A DNA stretch of 64,000 bases from Octopus vulgaris (Eukaryota), in contig OX597835.1 of assembly GCA_951406725.2 (NCBI GenBank), forward strand, positions 46,624,001 through 46,688,000, read 5' to 3'. Below the pieces are notes generated by a model, which searched no databases, was not told the origin of the DNA, and was given only the letters and a program-made list of their open reading frames with translations. Position numbers and translations under genes: made by a program. Numbering within the stretch: the first letter of the stretch is position 1; each line of letters starts with the position of its first letter. Of the stretch, positions 26,037 through 38,194 are shown piece by piece.

Positions 26037-27778
26037 TACGACGGGCTTCTTTCAGTTTCCGTCTACCAAATCCACTCACAAGGCATTGGTCGGCCCGGGG
26101 CTATAGCAGAAGACACTTGTCCAAGATGCCACGCAGTGGGACTGAACCCGGAACCATGTGGTTGGTTAGCAAGCTATTTACCACACAGCCACTCCTGCGC
26201 CTATGTCCATAATATAACTCTCTGTGTCACTGTTCGCTGTCAACTCACTCTCATTACCTTTACGAAACACTGCCAGCATGCTGTACCCATCTCACAACAC
26301 TTCTAATACACCACACCGCAATCACACTACACTACACTCATATTGCACTGTACCCACCCCACTTCCATCAAACTACACTGCCAACACACTATTCTGCTAA
26401 CACACTGTACACTAACAACGCATTACACTTCCAACAAGCTACACTGCTTATGCACCACTTTGCAAGCATGCTATATTGCCAACTCACTACACTGCTAGCA
26501 CACCTCATTACCAGCACACTACACTGCCAATACACTGCACCATGAGCACACTATATTGTCATCACACTACACTGCTACTGCAGTGCATTCCCATCACACT
26601 ACAATGCCAATGCATTGCCCTGCAAATGCACTTCATTGTCATCACTCTACACTACAAACACTCCACACTGCCAACACTAGAGGTACCGACATTTCTTACT
26701 TCCCTACAAGGACCATAGCGGTCATTTTTGACCAACATTGAAAATCTTTATTTAACACAATTTATTTTAAATATAATCTAATGTAGTGAATAAAGAATTT
26801 GAAAATACAGTCTCTTAGCGTATATTTACATACGAAAAAATACACACAGACACACACACACACATATATATATAATGATGCTCATGATTACACATTCAGT
26901 AGTTGTAGTAAAAAGCAAAAACAGTCATAAATGACCGCTTGATACTTCTAGCATTAAACTGTACACTGCAAGCACGCCACACTACAAATGCACCACACTG
27001 CAAACATGCTACACTACAAATGCACCACACTGCCACCACATCCAAACACCATCATATTGCACTGCCTACACACTTAACTGACATTGCATGATGCTATTGA
27101 TATCCATCGCAGCCAAGTTATTTTACTATCAACAAATGACAAAACTGAATGGAAACACTGCATGAATTGCTGCATTTGAATATTGGTTTCAGATTGTGGC
27201 TCAAAGCCAGCAATTTCAGAAGGATTTTAAGTTCATTACATCGACCCTAGTACTCAACTGGTCCTTATTTTATTGACCCCAAAAGGATGAAAGGCAAAGT
27301 CAACCTTGGTGGAGAATTTGAACTGACAATGTAAACATGGAGGAAAAGTCTCTGAGCATTTTGCCCAGCGCAGTAACGGTTCTACCCGCTTGCTGGTTTT
27401 GCTGCAATAGAATATTGCATGAAAAGGTTACTTGAAAATGCTACATGAGGACGTTACATGCGTCATTACATGAAGACACTTATGCATACATGACTAGGTG
27501 ATACTACATGAATACACTGTATCAACACTACATCTAAATACTACATGAAGATGCTACTGGAAGACAGTTTATAAATGCACTGCACAATGACACTATATGT
27601 AAAAAAAAATACTGGCGCAGGAGTGGCTGTGTGGTAAGTAGCTTGCTTACCAACCACACGGTTCCATGTTCAGTTCCACTGCGTAGCATCTTGGGCAAGT
27701 GTCTTCTGCTATAGCCTCGGGCCGACCAATGTCTTGTGAGTGGATTTGGTAGACGGAAACTGAAAGAAGCCTGTCATA

Positions 27779-27821
<43 letters not shown>

Positions 27822-28541
27822 ATATGTTTGTGTGTCTGTGTTTGTCCCCCCACCATCACTTGACAACCGATGCTGGTGTGTTTACGTCCCCGTCACTTAG
27901 TGGTTCGGCAAAAAGAGACCGATAGAATAAGTACTGGGCTTACAAAGAATAAGTTCCAGGGTTGATTTGCTCAACTAAATGCGGTGCTCCAGCATGGCCG
28001 CAGTCAAATGACTGAAACAAGTAAAAGAGTAAAGAGTAAAAGAGAGAGTTTATAAGTTGCAACAACAACGGTTTCATTTGATCCGATCAACGGAACAGCC
28101 AGTTCGTGAAATTAATGTGCAAGAGGCTGAGTACTCCACAGACACGCGTACTCATTAATGTAGTTCCAAAGGTGATTCAGTGTGAGACAGAATGTGACAA
28201 GGCCCGTCCTTTGAATTACAAGTATAACTCATTTTTGCCAGCTGAGTGAACTGGAGCAATATGAAATAAAGTATCTTGCTCAAGGTCACAATGCACTACC
28301 AGAAATTGAACTCACAGCTTTACTATCATGAGCTGAATACCCTAACCACTAAGCCACGTGGTCTCCACTGGAACTGTTTAGATCACTACATGAATACTCT
28401 ATAAAGATTGCTACATGAAATCACTACATGAACAACAACAGACAGACACTCATTGAAGGCATTATATGAATTATTCCCTGAATCACTACATGAAAATGCT
28501 ACATGAATAATACACTAGTGACATGTTGGTCTATCTTTCAG

Positions 28542-28611
28542 AATTGCTGATGCTCCTGCTACGGCTGAATTAGAACCACTGGAGGATGGTAAAGTGGCAC
28601 AAACTGATGAG
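28542..28611 (+). CDS. NADSYN1: NADSYN1 exon: IADAPATAELEPLEDGKVAQTDE
   Basis: TAELEPL and QTDE motifs; AG/GT. Confidence 0.95.
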
Positions 28612-30198
28612 GTGAAGTGACAAGCATCCTGTTTCACTTTTCTTTGCTCTTACATCCAATAATTGTTTTAGTTTTATTTTCATTCTGGTTCTTAATTATT
28701 TTTCTGTGATTAATTTCATTATTTTTTTTTTCATCTTCATGTAAAAGTATCTAGACACATTATTTTCAAATTTTAGCACAAGGCCTGAAATTTCAGATGC
28801 AGAGTTAAGTTGATTACACTGACCCCCACCGTGCTCAGTTGGTACTTAATTTATCGACCCCTAAAGAACGAAAGGCAAATTTTATCTCAGTGGGATTTGA
28901 ACCCAGATTGTAAAGACAGACAAAATGCCGCTAAGCATTTTGACCAGCATACTAACAATTCTGCCAGCACTTGGCCTTTAATAAATAATATTGATTTCAA
29001 ATTTTAGCACAAGACCATTAATTTGAGGGGAAGGGATGTGTCAATTCCATGAACCCCACTGTGCAATTGGTATTTATTTTATCAACCTTGGCAGAATTTG
29101 AACCCAGAGCCTAAAGATGGACAAAATATTGCTAAGCATTTCGATCAGCATGCTAACGGTTCGGTCAGCTTGCTGCCTTAATGCACCTAGACACATTGTC
29201 AATGATTTTCACCGAAAATCATTGAGTCTTGGGTCTTTCAAGAAACAGGTGCACTGACCCGGGGGATCCAGTCAGGGTTGAGCAAGTTCAAATTTGTCTT
29301 CTGGGAGCACTACCCCATCTAGGGCTCACACCCACTGATCCACCTTTGTGTCACTTCATAGCCAAGTTGATAACCTTCAGTTTACCAGTCCCTGTGATGC
29401 CCAGCATGTTGTAGGGTCTGAAAAGGGGCTGCTCTACAAACCCTCTGCATCTCATCTCAGTAAGACCTTGCCTTGCTTATTATTCTAAGTAATATTGTTG
29501 TTGTTGATGCTGTTTCTGCTGTGGCTGATGTTGTGGGTAATGTTGCATCACCCCAGGTCGGCCATGATTGAACAGATTTACAAAGAGAGATGTATCGGCC
29601 ATGACCACCCCATCTGAACAACAGATGGATGGATAGAGATGCAGACAGAGAGAAAAACAGACCAGATATACAGGCAGACAGGTAGGGAAATAGGCACAAG
29701 ACCTGAAATTTGGGGAGAAGGGATCTCGTTGATTATATTGACGTTGATGTTGCCTGATCAGGAGCACTGTGTACCACGTGTCAGGTGTCAAAAGGTGTGC
29801 AGAACAAAATGAAAAGGAGTGTTTTGTTGAAGAATACAGCACACCACTGGGGCTAGGAACTGAAACCATGATCTTGCAATTGTGATTCCAGCACCCGAAA
29901 CTCTTGGCCATCCACCTAATGATAATAATGATAATCATCATCATCATCATCATCATCGTTTAACGTCCGTTCTCCATGCTAGCATGGGTTGGACGGTTCG
30001 ACCGGGGATCTGGGAAGCCAGAAGGCTGCACCAGGCTCCGGTCTTATCTGGCAATGTTTCTACAGCTGGATGCCCTTCCTAACGCCAACCACTCCGTGAG
30101 TGTAGTGGGTGCTTTATAATAATAATAATAATAATAATTTCGTTTTCGGATTTGGTTTGCAAGATTCTTTATGTGAGTTCATGTATTGAAGCATATTC

Positions 30199-30462
30199 TG
30201 TTGTGTCTGGGGAGAGTCATTCACTTTTAGTGCCTTATTATTTAACACACTAACCGGTAAAATTTCCACTTATTTCTTTCTTATTTTTTCCTAAAATTTT
30301 CGTTGCGTCTTGCAACTTTTTCAATAGTCTTGACTATTGAAAAGGTTGCAAGACGCCACGAAAATTTTAGGAAAATGAAAATAAGAAATAAGTGGAAATT
30401 TTACTGGTGATTGTGTTAAATTATAAGGCACCAAAAGAAAATGACTCTTCCCAGACACAACA
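30199..30462. repeat. Imperfect palindrome (about 130-bp arms, 2-nt centre)
   Basis: ...TTCAATAGTC TT GACTATTGAA... centre; related deleted copy at about 21480-21655. Confidence 0.8.
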
Positions 30463-30470
30463 ATAATAAA

Positions 30471-30526
<56 letters not shown>

Positions 30527-30716
30527 TAATTTCTGCTGAAATTTGGGGGGAGGGGACTAGTTGATTAGATCGACCCCAGTACTCCACTGGTACTTATTTT
30601 ATCAATCCCAAAAGAATGAAAAGCAGAGTGGAGTAATAATAATAATTGCAACAGCAACAACATATGCAGCATCAGCAGCAGCAATGAAGATGAGATTCTG
30701 TTTGTATTTCGTGCAG

Positions 30717-30857
30717 GAGGACATGGGAATGACATACCAGGAGCTGTCAATATATGGGAATCTTCGCAAAAAGCAGAAATGTGGACCTTACAATATGTTT
30801 GTGAAGCTGATGTCGATATGGTCTGGCGAGGAATTTGGCGAACGCTTCCCAGAAGTA
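30717..30857 (+). CDS. NADSYN1: NADSYN1 exon: [31 protein letters not shown]...
   Basis: DMGMTY.EL motif; gtgcag/gtaagt. Confidence 0.95.
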
Positions 30858-31006
30858 GTAAGTAGTCTTTTACACCAATGTTGTCTGTGTTCGTCGCCTA
30901 CCACCGACTGACAACCAGTGTTGGTGTGTTTACATCCCTATCACTTAACATATTTGTGTGTTTTGGCCGATTAAAACATTTTTTTCCCCCAAAAACTCAT
31001 TTCCAG

Positions 31007-31192
31007 GTGTCCGAAAAGGTGAAACACTTTTTCCGTTCGTATTCAATAAATCGTCACAAAATGACGGTGTTGACGCCATCCTACCATGCTGAGAGCTACT
31101 CTCCCGATGACAATCGCTTTGACCTCCGTCCTTTCCTCTACAATGTCAAGTGGAACTGGCAGTTCCAAAAAATTGACGATGCCGTCAAAACG
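31007..31192 (+). CDS. NADSYN1: NADSYN1 exon: [45 protein letters not shown]...
   Basis: [28 protein letters not shown] motif; ttccag/gtatgt. Confidence 0.97.
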
Positions 31193-31942
31193 GTATGTTA
31201 TTTTCTTTTTATTTCCTTTGTATTTACTTCTGTTGTAATTATTGTTTTATAGTCTTTTACTTGTTTCAGTCGCTGGACTGTTGCCATGCTGGAGCAACAT
31301 CCTTGAAGAGTTTCGTCTCACAATTTGACCCACTTTAGTACTTATTTTTTTAGTATTTAATCTGTAGGTCCTCTTTTGGTGAACAGCTAAGTTATGGGGA
31401 CGTAAACAAAACAATACAGGTTGTTAAGTGGTGGAGGTGGTGAAGAAGAAAACAAACAACCATACGCATATACATACACATGTAAACACTACATATATAC
31501 ATACATGCATGCATATATGCATCTATGTAGATATATATATGCTCTTGTGTGTACACGTACATGTATATATATATATATGTATATATATATACATACATAT
31601 ATATATATATATACTACTAATATAGGATAAAATTTTTTTCCCCAAAAAATTTCATCAAAAGTGGTAGCATATTAAAATACCTTTAAAGAAGAAAACCATA
31701 AACAACTTATAAACAAGGGCAAAATAAAAAATATTTCTATGCCAATATGCTGAGAATAGACTTTAAATCGTCAATCACCACATTTCAATAGACATTCACT
31801 ATAAGTACACGGCGTGCTGAAATCGAGGAAAGCATGCTAACAGAATGTTTTTAAAGTGAATGTATATTGTAATGTGGTGATTGACAATTAGAAATATTTT
31901 TTCTTTTGCCCTTGTTTATAAATTATATATATATATATATAT

Positions 31943-32216
31943 AGCCTCGCCTGGCCCTCGTGCCGGTGGCACATAAAAAGCACCATCCGTTCGTGGCCGT
32001 TTGCCAGCTCTGTCTGGCACCAGTGCGGGTGGCACGTAAAAAGCACCCACTACACTCACGGAGTGGTTGGCGTTAGGAAGGGCATCCAGCCGTAGAAACA
32101 CTGCCAGATTTGACTGGGCCTGATGAAGCCTTCTGGCTTCACAGACCCCAGTAGAACCGTCCAACCCATGCTAGCATGGAAAACGGTTGCTAAATGATGA
32201 TGATGATGATGATGAT
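31943..32216 (+). mobile_element. Inverted copy of the 3' end of the adjacent RTE LINE
   Basis: Reverse complement of about 32226-32503, ending in an (ATG)n tail. Confidence 0.85.
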
Positions 32217-32225
32217 ATATATATA

Positions 32226-35200
32226 TCATCATCATCATCATCATCATCATCGTTTAGCGTCCGTTTTCCATGCTAGCATGGGTTGGACGGTTCTACTGGG
32301 GTCTGTGAAGCCAGAAGGCTTCATCAGGCCCAGTCAAATCTGGCAGTGTTTCTACGGCTGGATGCCCTTCCTAACGCCAACCACTCCGTGAGTGTAGTGG
32401 GTGCTTTTACGTGCCACCCGCACTGGTGCCAGACAGAGCTGGCAAACGGCCACGAACGGATGGTGCTTTTTATGTGCCACCGGCACGAGGGCCAGGCGAG
32501 GCTGGCAACGGACACGAAACGGGGCGGTGCTGGCAACGGTCGCGAAACGGAAAGTTCTCTTACATGCCACCGGCACTGGTAACACATCTGCAATTTCCAT
32601 TGATCGATTTCGATTCTGATTCTCACTTGCCTCAACGGGTCTTCACAAGCAGAGTTTTGACATGCCACCGGCACTGGTAGCACATCCGCAATTTCCATTG
32701 ATCGATTTCGATTCTGATCCTCACTTGCCTCAACACGTCTTCACAAGTAGAGTTTTGTGTCCCAAGAAGGGAAGGTATGCATACGTAGGCCGGCTCCATC
32801 CCATGTAGAAGGCCATGGGTTATGGACTCACTTGTCCTGCCGGGTCTTCTCGCGCACAGCACACTTCCAGAGGTCTCGGTCTCTAGTCATTTCCTCAGTG
32901 AGACCTAAAGTTCGAAGGTCGTGCTTCACCACCTCGTCCCAGGTTTTCCTGGGTCTGCCTCTTCCACAGGTTCCCTCAACCGCTAGGGTGTGGCACTTTT
33001 TCACACAACTATCTTCATCCATTCTCGCCACATGACCATACCAGCGCAAACGTCTCTCTTGCACACCACAACTGATGCTTCTTAGGTCCAGCTTTTCTCT
33101 CAAGGTACTTACACTCTGCCGAGTGTGAGTACCGGCATTACACATCCATCGGAGCATACTGGCTTCATTTCTAGCGAGCTTACGCATATCCTCAGCAGTC
33201 ACGGCCCATGTTTCACTGCCATGTAGCATGGCTGTTCGTACACACGCATCATACAGTCTGCCTTTCACTCTGTGCGAGAGGCCTTTTGTCACCAGCAGAG
33301 GTAAGAGCTCTCTGAACTTTGCCCAAGCTATTCTTACTCTAGCAGTTACACTTTCAGCACACCCGTCCCCGCTGCTGACTTGGTCACCTAGGTAACGGAA
33401 ACTATCAACTATTTCTAGTTTTTCTCCCTGGAAAGTGATGGAGGTTGGTCTCAGAGCATTTTCAGTGTTTATTGTTCCTGAGCATCTGCCACATACAAAA
33501 ACCATCTTCCTAGTTAGCCTTCCTTTGACATTGCTGCATCTCTTATGTGTCCATAGCTTACACTTGGTGCATCTTATAGAGTTTCTACCTACACCTTTTC
33601 TACAGATCGAGCAGGGCCATCTACCTGAAGGTGTTTGTGATTTGTCTACCTTCCTACTGATTACGACTTTGGTTTTAGCTAGATTGACTCTGAGGCCCTT
33701 CGATTCTAATCCTTGTTTCCACACCTGAAACTTCTCCTCCAGTTCTGATAGCGACTCAGCAATTAGAGCAAGGTCATCAGCATAGAGGAGCTCCCAAGGG
33801 CATCCTGTCTTGAATTCCTCCGTTATTGCCTGGAGGACTATGATAAATAGGAGGGGGCTGAGTACTGAGCCTTGGTGGACTCCTACCTCTACCCGGAATT
33901 CTTCACTGTACACATTTCCAACCCTCACCCTACTAGCGGCGTCCCTATACATGGCCCGCACAGCTCTCACTAACCATTCATCTATCCCTAGTTTCCTCAT
34001 TGCCCACCAGATAAGGGATCGGGGGACCCTGTCGAAGGCTTTCTCCATGTCAACAAAAGCCAGGTACAGGGGCTTATCTTTGGCTAGGTATTTCTCCTGC
34101 AGCTGCCTTACCAGGAATATAGCATCAGTAGTACTTTTCCCTGGCACAAACCCAAACTGCATCTCATCTAAACTAACTCTCTCTCTAATTAGTTGGGCTA
34201 TGACCCTCTCCGTAACCTTCATCACCTGGTCCAACAGCTTGATACCTCTGTAGTTATTTGTATCTAGGGCATCACCTTTACCTTTGTAGCAGTTGACTAT
34301 TATACTGCTACACCAGTCATTGGGTATGACCCCTTTGTGTATCACCTGATTAACTATACGGGTGACTAGGCTATAGCCGACACTACCAGACATTTTGAGC
34401 ATCTCTGCAGTGATTCCTGATGGGCCTGGGGCTTTCCCTGTCTTCATGCTTCTAATTGCCTTAGCTACCACGGAACTATCAACTCGGATAGCTGGTCCCT
34501 CTGTTGGGTCAACATTCGGCAGACTCTCTTTATCCCATTCATTTTCTTCATTCAGCAACCTTTCATAGTGGCATCTCCAAACCTCTCTCTTTGCATCCTC
34601 ATTTAGCGCAAGTGAACCATCTTCCATGCGAACACACTTCTCTCCTACCACATCACGATTCTCTCTCACACACTGTCTTGCAACACGAAACACCTCCAGT
34701 CTTTGGTCCTCACGGCGCAGAACATTGGCAAATTTTTTCTTATCTGCTTCCCCTCTGGCTAAATAAACCTGTCTCCTAGCTTCTCTTTTGGCAGTCTGAT
34801 ACAATCCCCTGCTACCCCCATTTTTCCAGACCTTCCAAGCCTGTCTCTTTTCTCTAATAGCCCTGTCTACAATATTGTTCCACCACCACGTTATTCTAGG
34901 TCGAGAAGGGACTTTGCACCAGCCACAGATCTGGTCAGTGGCTCTCAGCAGGTTGTCCCTTAGAAACGTCCAGCTGTCTTCTACCCCCTGTGATGCTCTA
35001 TCCCCTTCTACTTCGTCAGAGGCTTCAAGTAATATGTCCCTAAATCTCTGTTCATTTGCAGGATCTTTAAGCTTCCAGATCCTTCTTCTCCATATTTGTC
35101 GTCTTCTGGTTGTCCTCCTAGTCCTGATCCTAAAGTCACTAACTACCAGTCTATGTTGTGGGGTACATTCTTCACCTGGGAAGGTTTTGGCATTTATAAG

Positions 35201-35239
35201 CAGCCATCTCTCCCTTTGCCTTGTAAGGATGTAGTCAAT
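32226..35239 (-). mobile_element. RTE-clade LINE, 5'-truncated, (GAT)n tail, flanked by (TA)n
   Basis: Open ORF with APE C-terminus and RT; 3' UTR shared with many short dispersed tails (e.g. 9055-9178, 24180-24345, 29940-30115, 53993-54150). Confidence 0.95.
32828..35239 (-). CDS. RTE ORF remnant: end of APE endonuclease (IDYIL...PQHRLV), reverse transcriptase (YADD), PHD-like finger, RGRP tail
   Basis: Stop-free from the truncation point 35239 to the stop at 32828; motifs NYRGIKLL, QFGF, FVDMEKAFD, GVHQGSVLSPLLF, LLYADD, FRYLG. Confidence 0.93.
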   Translation of the reverse strand: MDYILTRQRERWLLINAKTFPGEECTPQHRLVVSDFRIRTRRTTRRRQIWRRRIWKLKDPANEQRFRDILLEASDEVEGDRASQGVEDSWTFLRDNLLRATDQICGWCKVPSRPRITWWWNNIVDRAIREKRQAWKVWKNGGSRGLYQTAKREARRQVYLARGEADKKKFANVLRREDQRLEVFRVARQCVRENRDVVGEKCVRMEDGSLALNEDAKREVWRCHYERLLNEENEWDKESLPNVDPTEGPAIRVDSSVVAKAIRSMKTGKAPGPSGITAEMLKMSGSVGYSLVTRIVNQVIHKGVIPNDWCSSIIVNCYKGKGDALDTNNYRGIKLLDQVMKVTERVIAQLIRERVSLDEMQFGFVPGKSTTDAIFLVRQLQEKYLAKDKPLYLAFVDMEKAFDRVPRSLIWWAMRKLGIDEWLVRAVRAMYRDAASRVRVGNVYSEEFRVEVGVHQGSVLSPLLFIIVLQAITEEFKTGCPWELLYADDLALIAESLSELEEKFQVWKQGLESKGLRVNLAKTKVVISRKVDKSQTPSGRWPCSICRKGVGRNSIRCTKCKLWTHKRCSNVKGRLTRKMVFVCGRCSGTINTENALRPTSITFQGEKLEIVDSFRYLGDQVSSGDGCAESVTARVRIAWAKFRELLPLLVTKGLSHRVKGRLYDACVRTAMLHGSETWAVTAEDMRKLARNEASMLRWMCNAGTHTRQSVSTLREKLDLRSISCGVQERRLRWYGHVARMDEDSCVKKCHTLAVEGTCGRGRPRKTWDEVVKHDLRTLGLTEEMTRDRDLWKCAVREKTRQDK

Positions 35240-35490
35240 ATATATATATATATATATATATATATTTCTTTACTACCCACAAGGGGCTAAACACAGAGAG
35301 GACAAACAAGGACAGACAAAGGGATTAAGTCGATTACATCGACCCCAGTGCGCAACTAGTACTTAATTTATCGACCCCGAAAGGATGAAAGGCAAAGTTG
35401 ACCTCGGCGGAATTTGAACTCAGAACATAACGGCAGACGAAATACGGCTACGCATTTCGCCCGGCGTTCTAACGGTTCTGCCAGCTCGCC

Positions 35491-35539
<49 letters not shown>

Positions 35540-35546
35540 GTATATG

Positions 35547-35594
<48 letters not shown>

Positions 35595-35605
35595 ATATAT
35601 ATATG

Positions 35606-35651
<46 letters not shown>

Positions 35652-36193
35652 AAGTGTATTCTGTTAAGAACATATTATAGTACAGAACTGAGCTCATTCA
35701 CCCTTAGAATTACCAAAGAGCCAGAAGCATTTGAAGTCTAGGTTTAGGCATTCGTCATGTGTGTGTAAAATGAAAATTGAATAAATCATAGGTGCAGGAG
35801 TGGCTGTGTGGTAAGTAGCTTGCTTACTAACCACATGGTTATGGGTTTGGTCCCACTGCGTGGCATATTGGGCAAGTGTCTTTTACTATAGTCTCGGGCC
35901 GACCAATGCCTAATGTTAGTGGATTTGGTAGACGGAAACTGAAAGAAGCCCATCGTATATAGGTATGTGTATGTATATGTTTGTGTATGCGTGTTTGTTC
36001 CTCCAGCATCACTTGACAACCAATGCCAGTGTGTTTACATCCCTGTAACTTAGCAGTTCAGCAAAAGAAACTGATAGAATAAGTACTAGGCTTACAAAGA
36101 ATAAGTGCTGGGTTTGATTTGCTCAACTAAAGGCAGTGCTCTAGCATGGCCACAGGCAAATGACTGAAACTAGTAAAAGAATAAAAGAAAGAG

Positions 36194-36595
36194 ACAACAG
36201 GAAGGAGTGCGTTTAGACAACCATTTAATACACGTTTCGATATAGCTTAGATCCCCATATACACAGGATTTTAATTAAGCAACAGTTTACCTGTATCATA
36301 GGGTCTGGTTGTATCATCCTCAGGTGTTATATTATTGCTGTTCCCATCAGTAAATTTTTGACTCTGATAATAACACATCCAACTGTTGTAATTATTGTTG
36401 GATGTGTTAGCATCAAAGTGAAAGATTTATTTATGGGGACAGTGATTATACAACACCTGAGGAAGATACAACTGGGTCCCATTATACAGGTAAACCATTG
36501 CCTATCTTAAATCCTGTGTATATGGGGATCTAAGTTGTATCGAAACACGTGTAGTATTTATTAAATGTTTGTCTAAATGTACTCCTTCCTGTTGA
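36194..36595. repeat. Imperfect fold-back with a hammerhead motif in each arm
   Basis: CAACAGGAAGGAGT...TTTAGACAA vs TTGTCTAAA...ACTCCTTCCTGTTG; centre about 36390. Confidence 0.8.
36453..36557 (+). ncRNA. Type I hammerhead ribozyme motif (right arm); decayed partner at about 36228-36327 on the minus strand
   Basis: acac CTGAGGA a gatacaact...agttgtatc GAAA cacgtg TA gtat; 9-bp perfect stem II base. Confidence 0.7.
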
Positions 36596-36788
36596 CTCTC
36601 CGGAGCAGACTTCAGCTCTGCTATTTGAAACTCTGAGTTTTATTATGACAAGCAACTAATTGTCACATACTATATTTATAGATAAATTCCTCTATTTTAC
36701 ATAATATTGAGGTCTCATTCATTCTTTTGTTGTCATATTATCATTATTTACATATATATATATAACAACAATTATCATCACCATTATC

Positions 36789-36826
<38 letters not shown>

Positions 36827-37022
36827 ATGATGATGATGATATATATATACTATGCACAGTTTCCATCTATCAAATTCATTCATAAGACATTGGTTGACCA
36901 AGGGCTGTATGGTATGTATGTATGTGTGTGTGTGTGCGCATACAATATTTTCTATTGAGACACCATTGACTATTGTCGATTGATTCTGTCTAAAATTATC
37001 CAAATGTTATTTTCTTTCCAAG

Positions 37023-37058
37023 ATACAACAGCAGAATAACAGAATCAAAATTGTTTGA
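37023..37058 (+). CDS. NADSYN1: Probable terminal NADSYN1 coding exon IQQQNNRIKIV*
   Basis: Pyrimidine tract tgttattttctttccaag, phase-0 fit, short tail as in homologs; AATAAA at 37143 and 37976; AAG acceptor and no motif support. Confidence 0.55.
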   Translation: MQQQNNRIKIV

Positions 37059-38151
37059 GACGAATATCCAAACAGGAAGAAGGTGTCTATATTTTCTAAT
37101 CCAGACAACAGATGAACCATTTGGCAGATGTCGCAGATGTGAAATAAACTTTGATATTTTTCCTTGGACTAGATTTGTCTTGTGTTGGTCATTATCTGAA
37201 ATTTTTTCTTCATTTTCTCTTTTAGTGTGCAGTTTATCATTTGTCTTTTACATGTTTCAGTCATTTGACTGTGGCCATGCTGGGGCACCACCTCGGAGAA
37301 TTTTTAGTCAAACATATTGGTTCCAGAGTTTATTTTTATTGATTAAATTTAAAGTTATGTTCATCATCTTCTTCTTCATTTAATGCTCGTTTTCCATGTG
37401 CCAGCATGGACGGTTTGACTAGTAAGCTGGGGAGCTGCACCATGTTCCAGTTGTCTGTTTTGGCATGATTTCTAGTGCTTGATGCCTTTCCTAATGCCAA
37501 CCACTAGTGAGTGCCTTTTATGTACTGGAATTTATTCATGCATGTACAATTTTGTAAAGAAGCCCAGAAGTGTTTCTCTTCTGTTGGGTAGGCAGAAGAT
37601 GTGACAGTATCATTGTTGCTTTTGGTATCATTGGATTTAATCTTTTTGCTTCGATAATATAAAGGTCAAAGGTACAAAATTCATTATTTAAGCCCTTAGT
37701 AATTTAGGCATGTCAACCTTTTTTTCACAAAGGAATGTAGGTCAATGTTAAGCTTCTGTTGGTTCTGTCTTTACTTGTTGTTGTTATTTAGGGTATGTCA
37801 AGTTTTCATTTGTAAGGTTGGGGTTATTAGCCAGGCATGTCATGGCTTTGTTTCTCTTGTGTGCATGAAAAACAATTTCCTATATGAACTCAGCCACAAA
37901 AATACTGTCACACTCTGTAACTGCCTAACAAAATAGAAACGCTTACAAGCTTGTTTACAAAGTTCTATATGCATGAATAAATTCTAAACAATAACATAAT
38001 CTCAAACTAAATAACAAAAATTTTCCAACACACCTTTCCATAACAATCAACCATAAAAAACCTAATTACCACACCACCCAAACCCATACACCCAAAGATG
38101 ATTTTAACTCAACAGAGACTGTATGAAGACCAGACTGACTTTAATGCATTG

Positions 38152-38194
38152 CAATCTGATGATGCCTCAGCTGGCTGAAACTTCAAAGTTACTG
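38152..38194 (+). ncRNA. Minimal hammerhead motif (degenerate)
   Basis: caat CTGATGA tgcc-tcagct-ggct GAAA cttcaaag TT actg. Confidence 0.5.

Noticed and set aside
27618-27690. tRNA genes
   Set aside because: These are tRNA-like SINE heads continuous with SINE bodies; no complete cloverleaf
33435-35234. Plus-strand ORFs of 91-147 aa
   Set aside because: Antisense shadows of the RTE ORF
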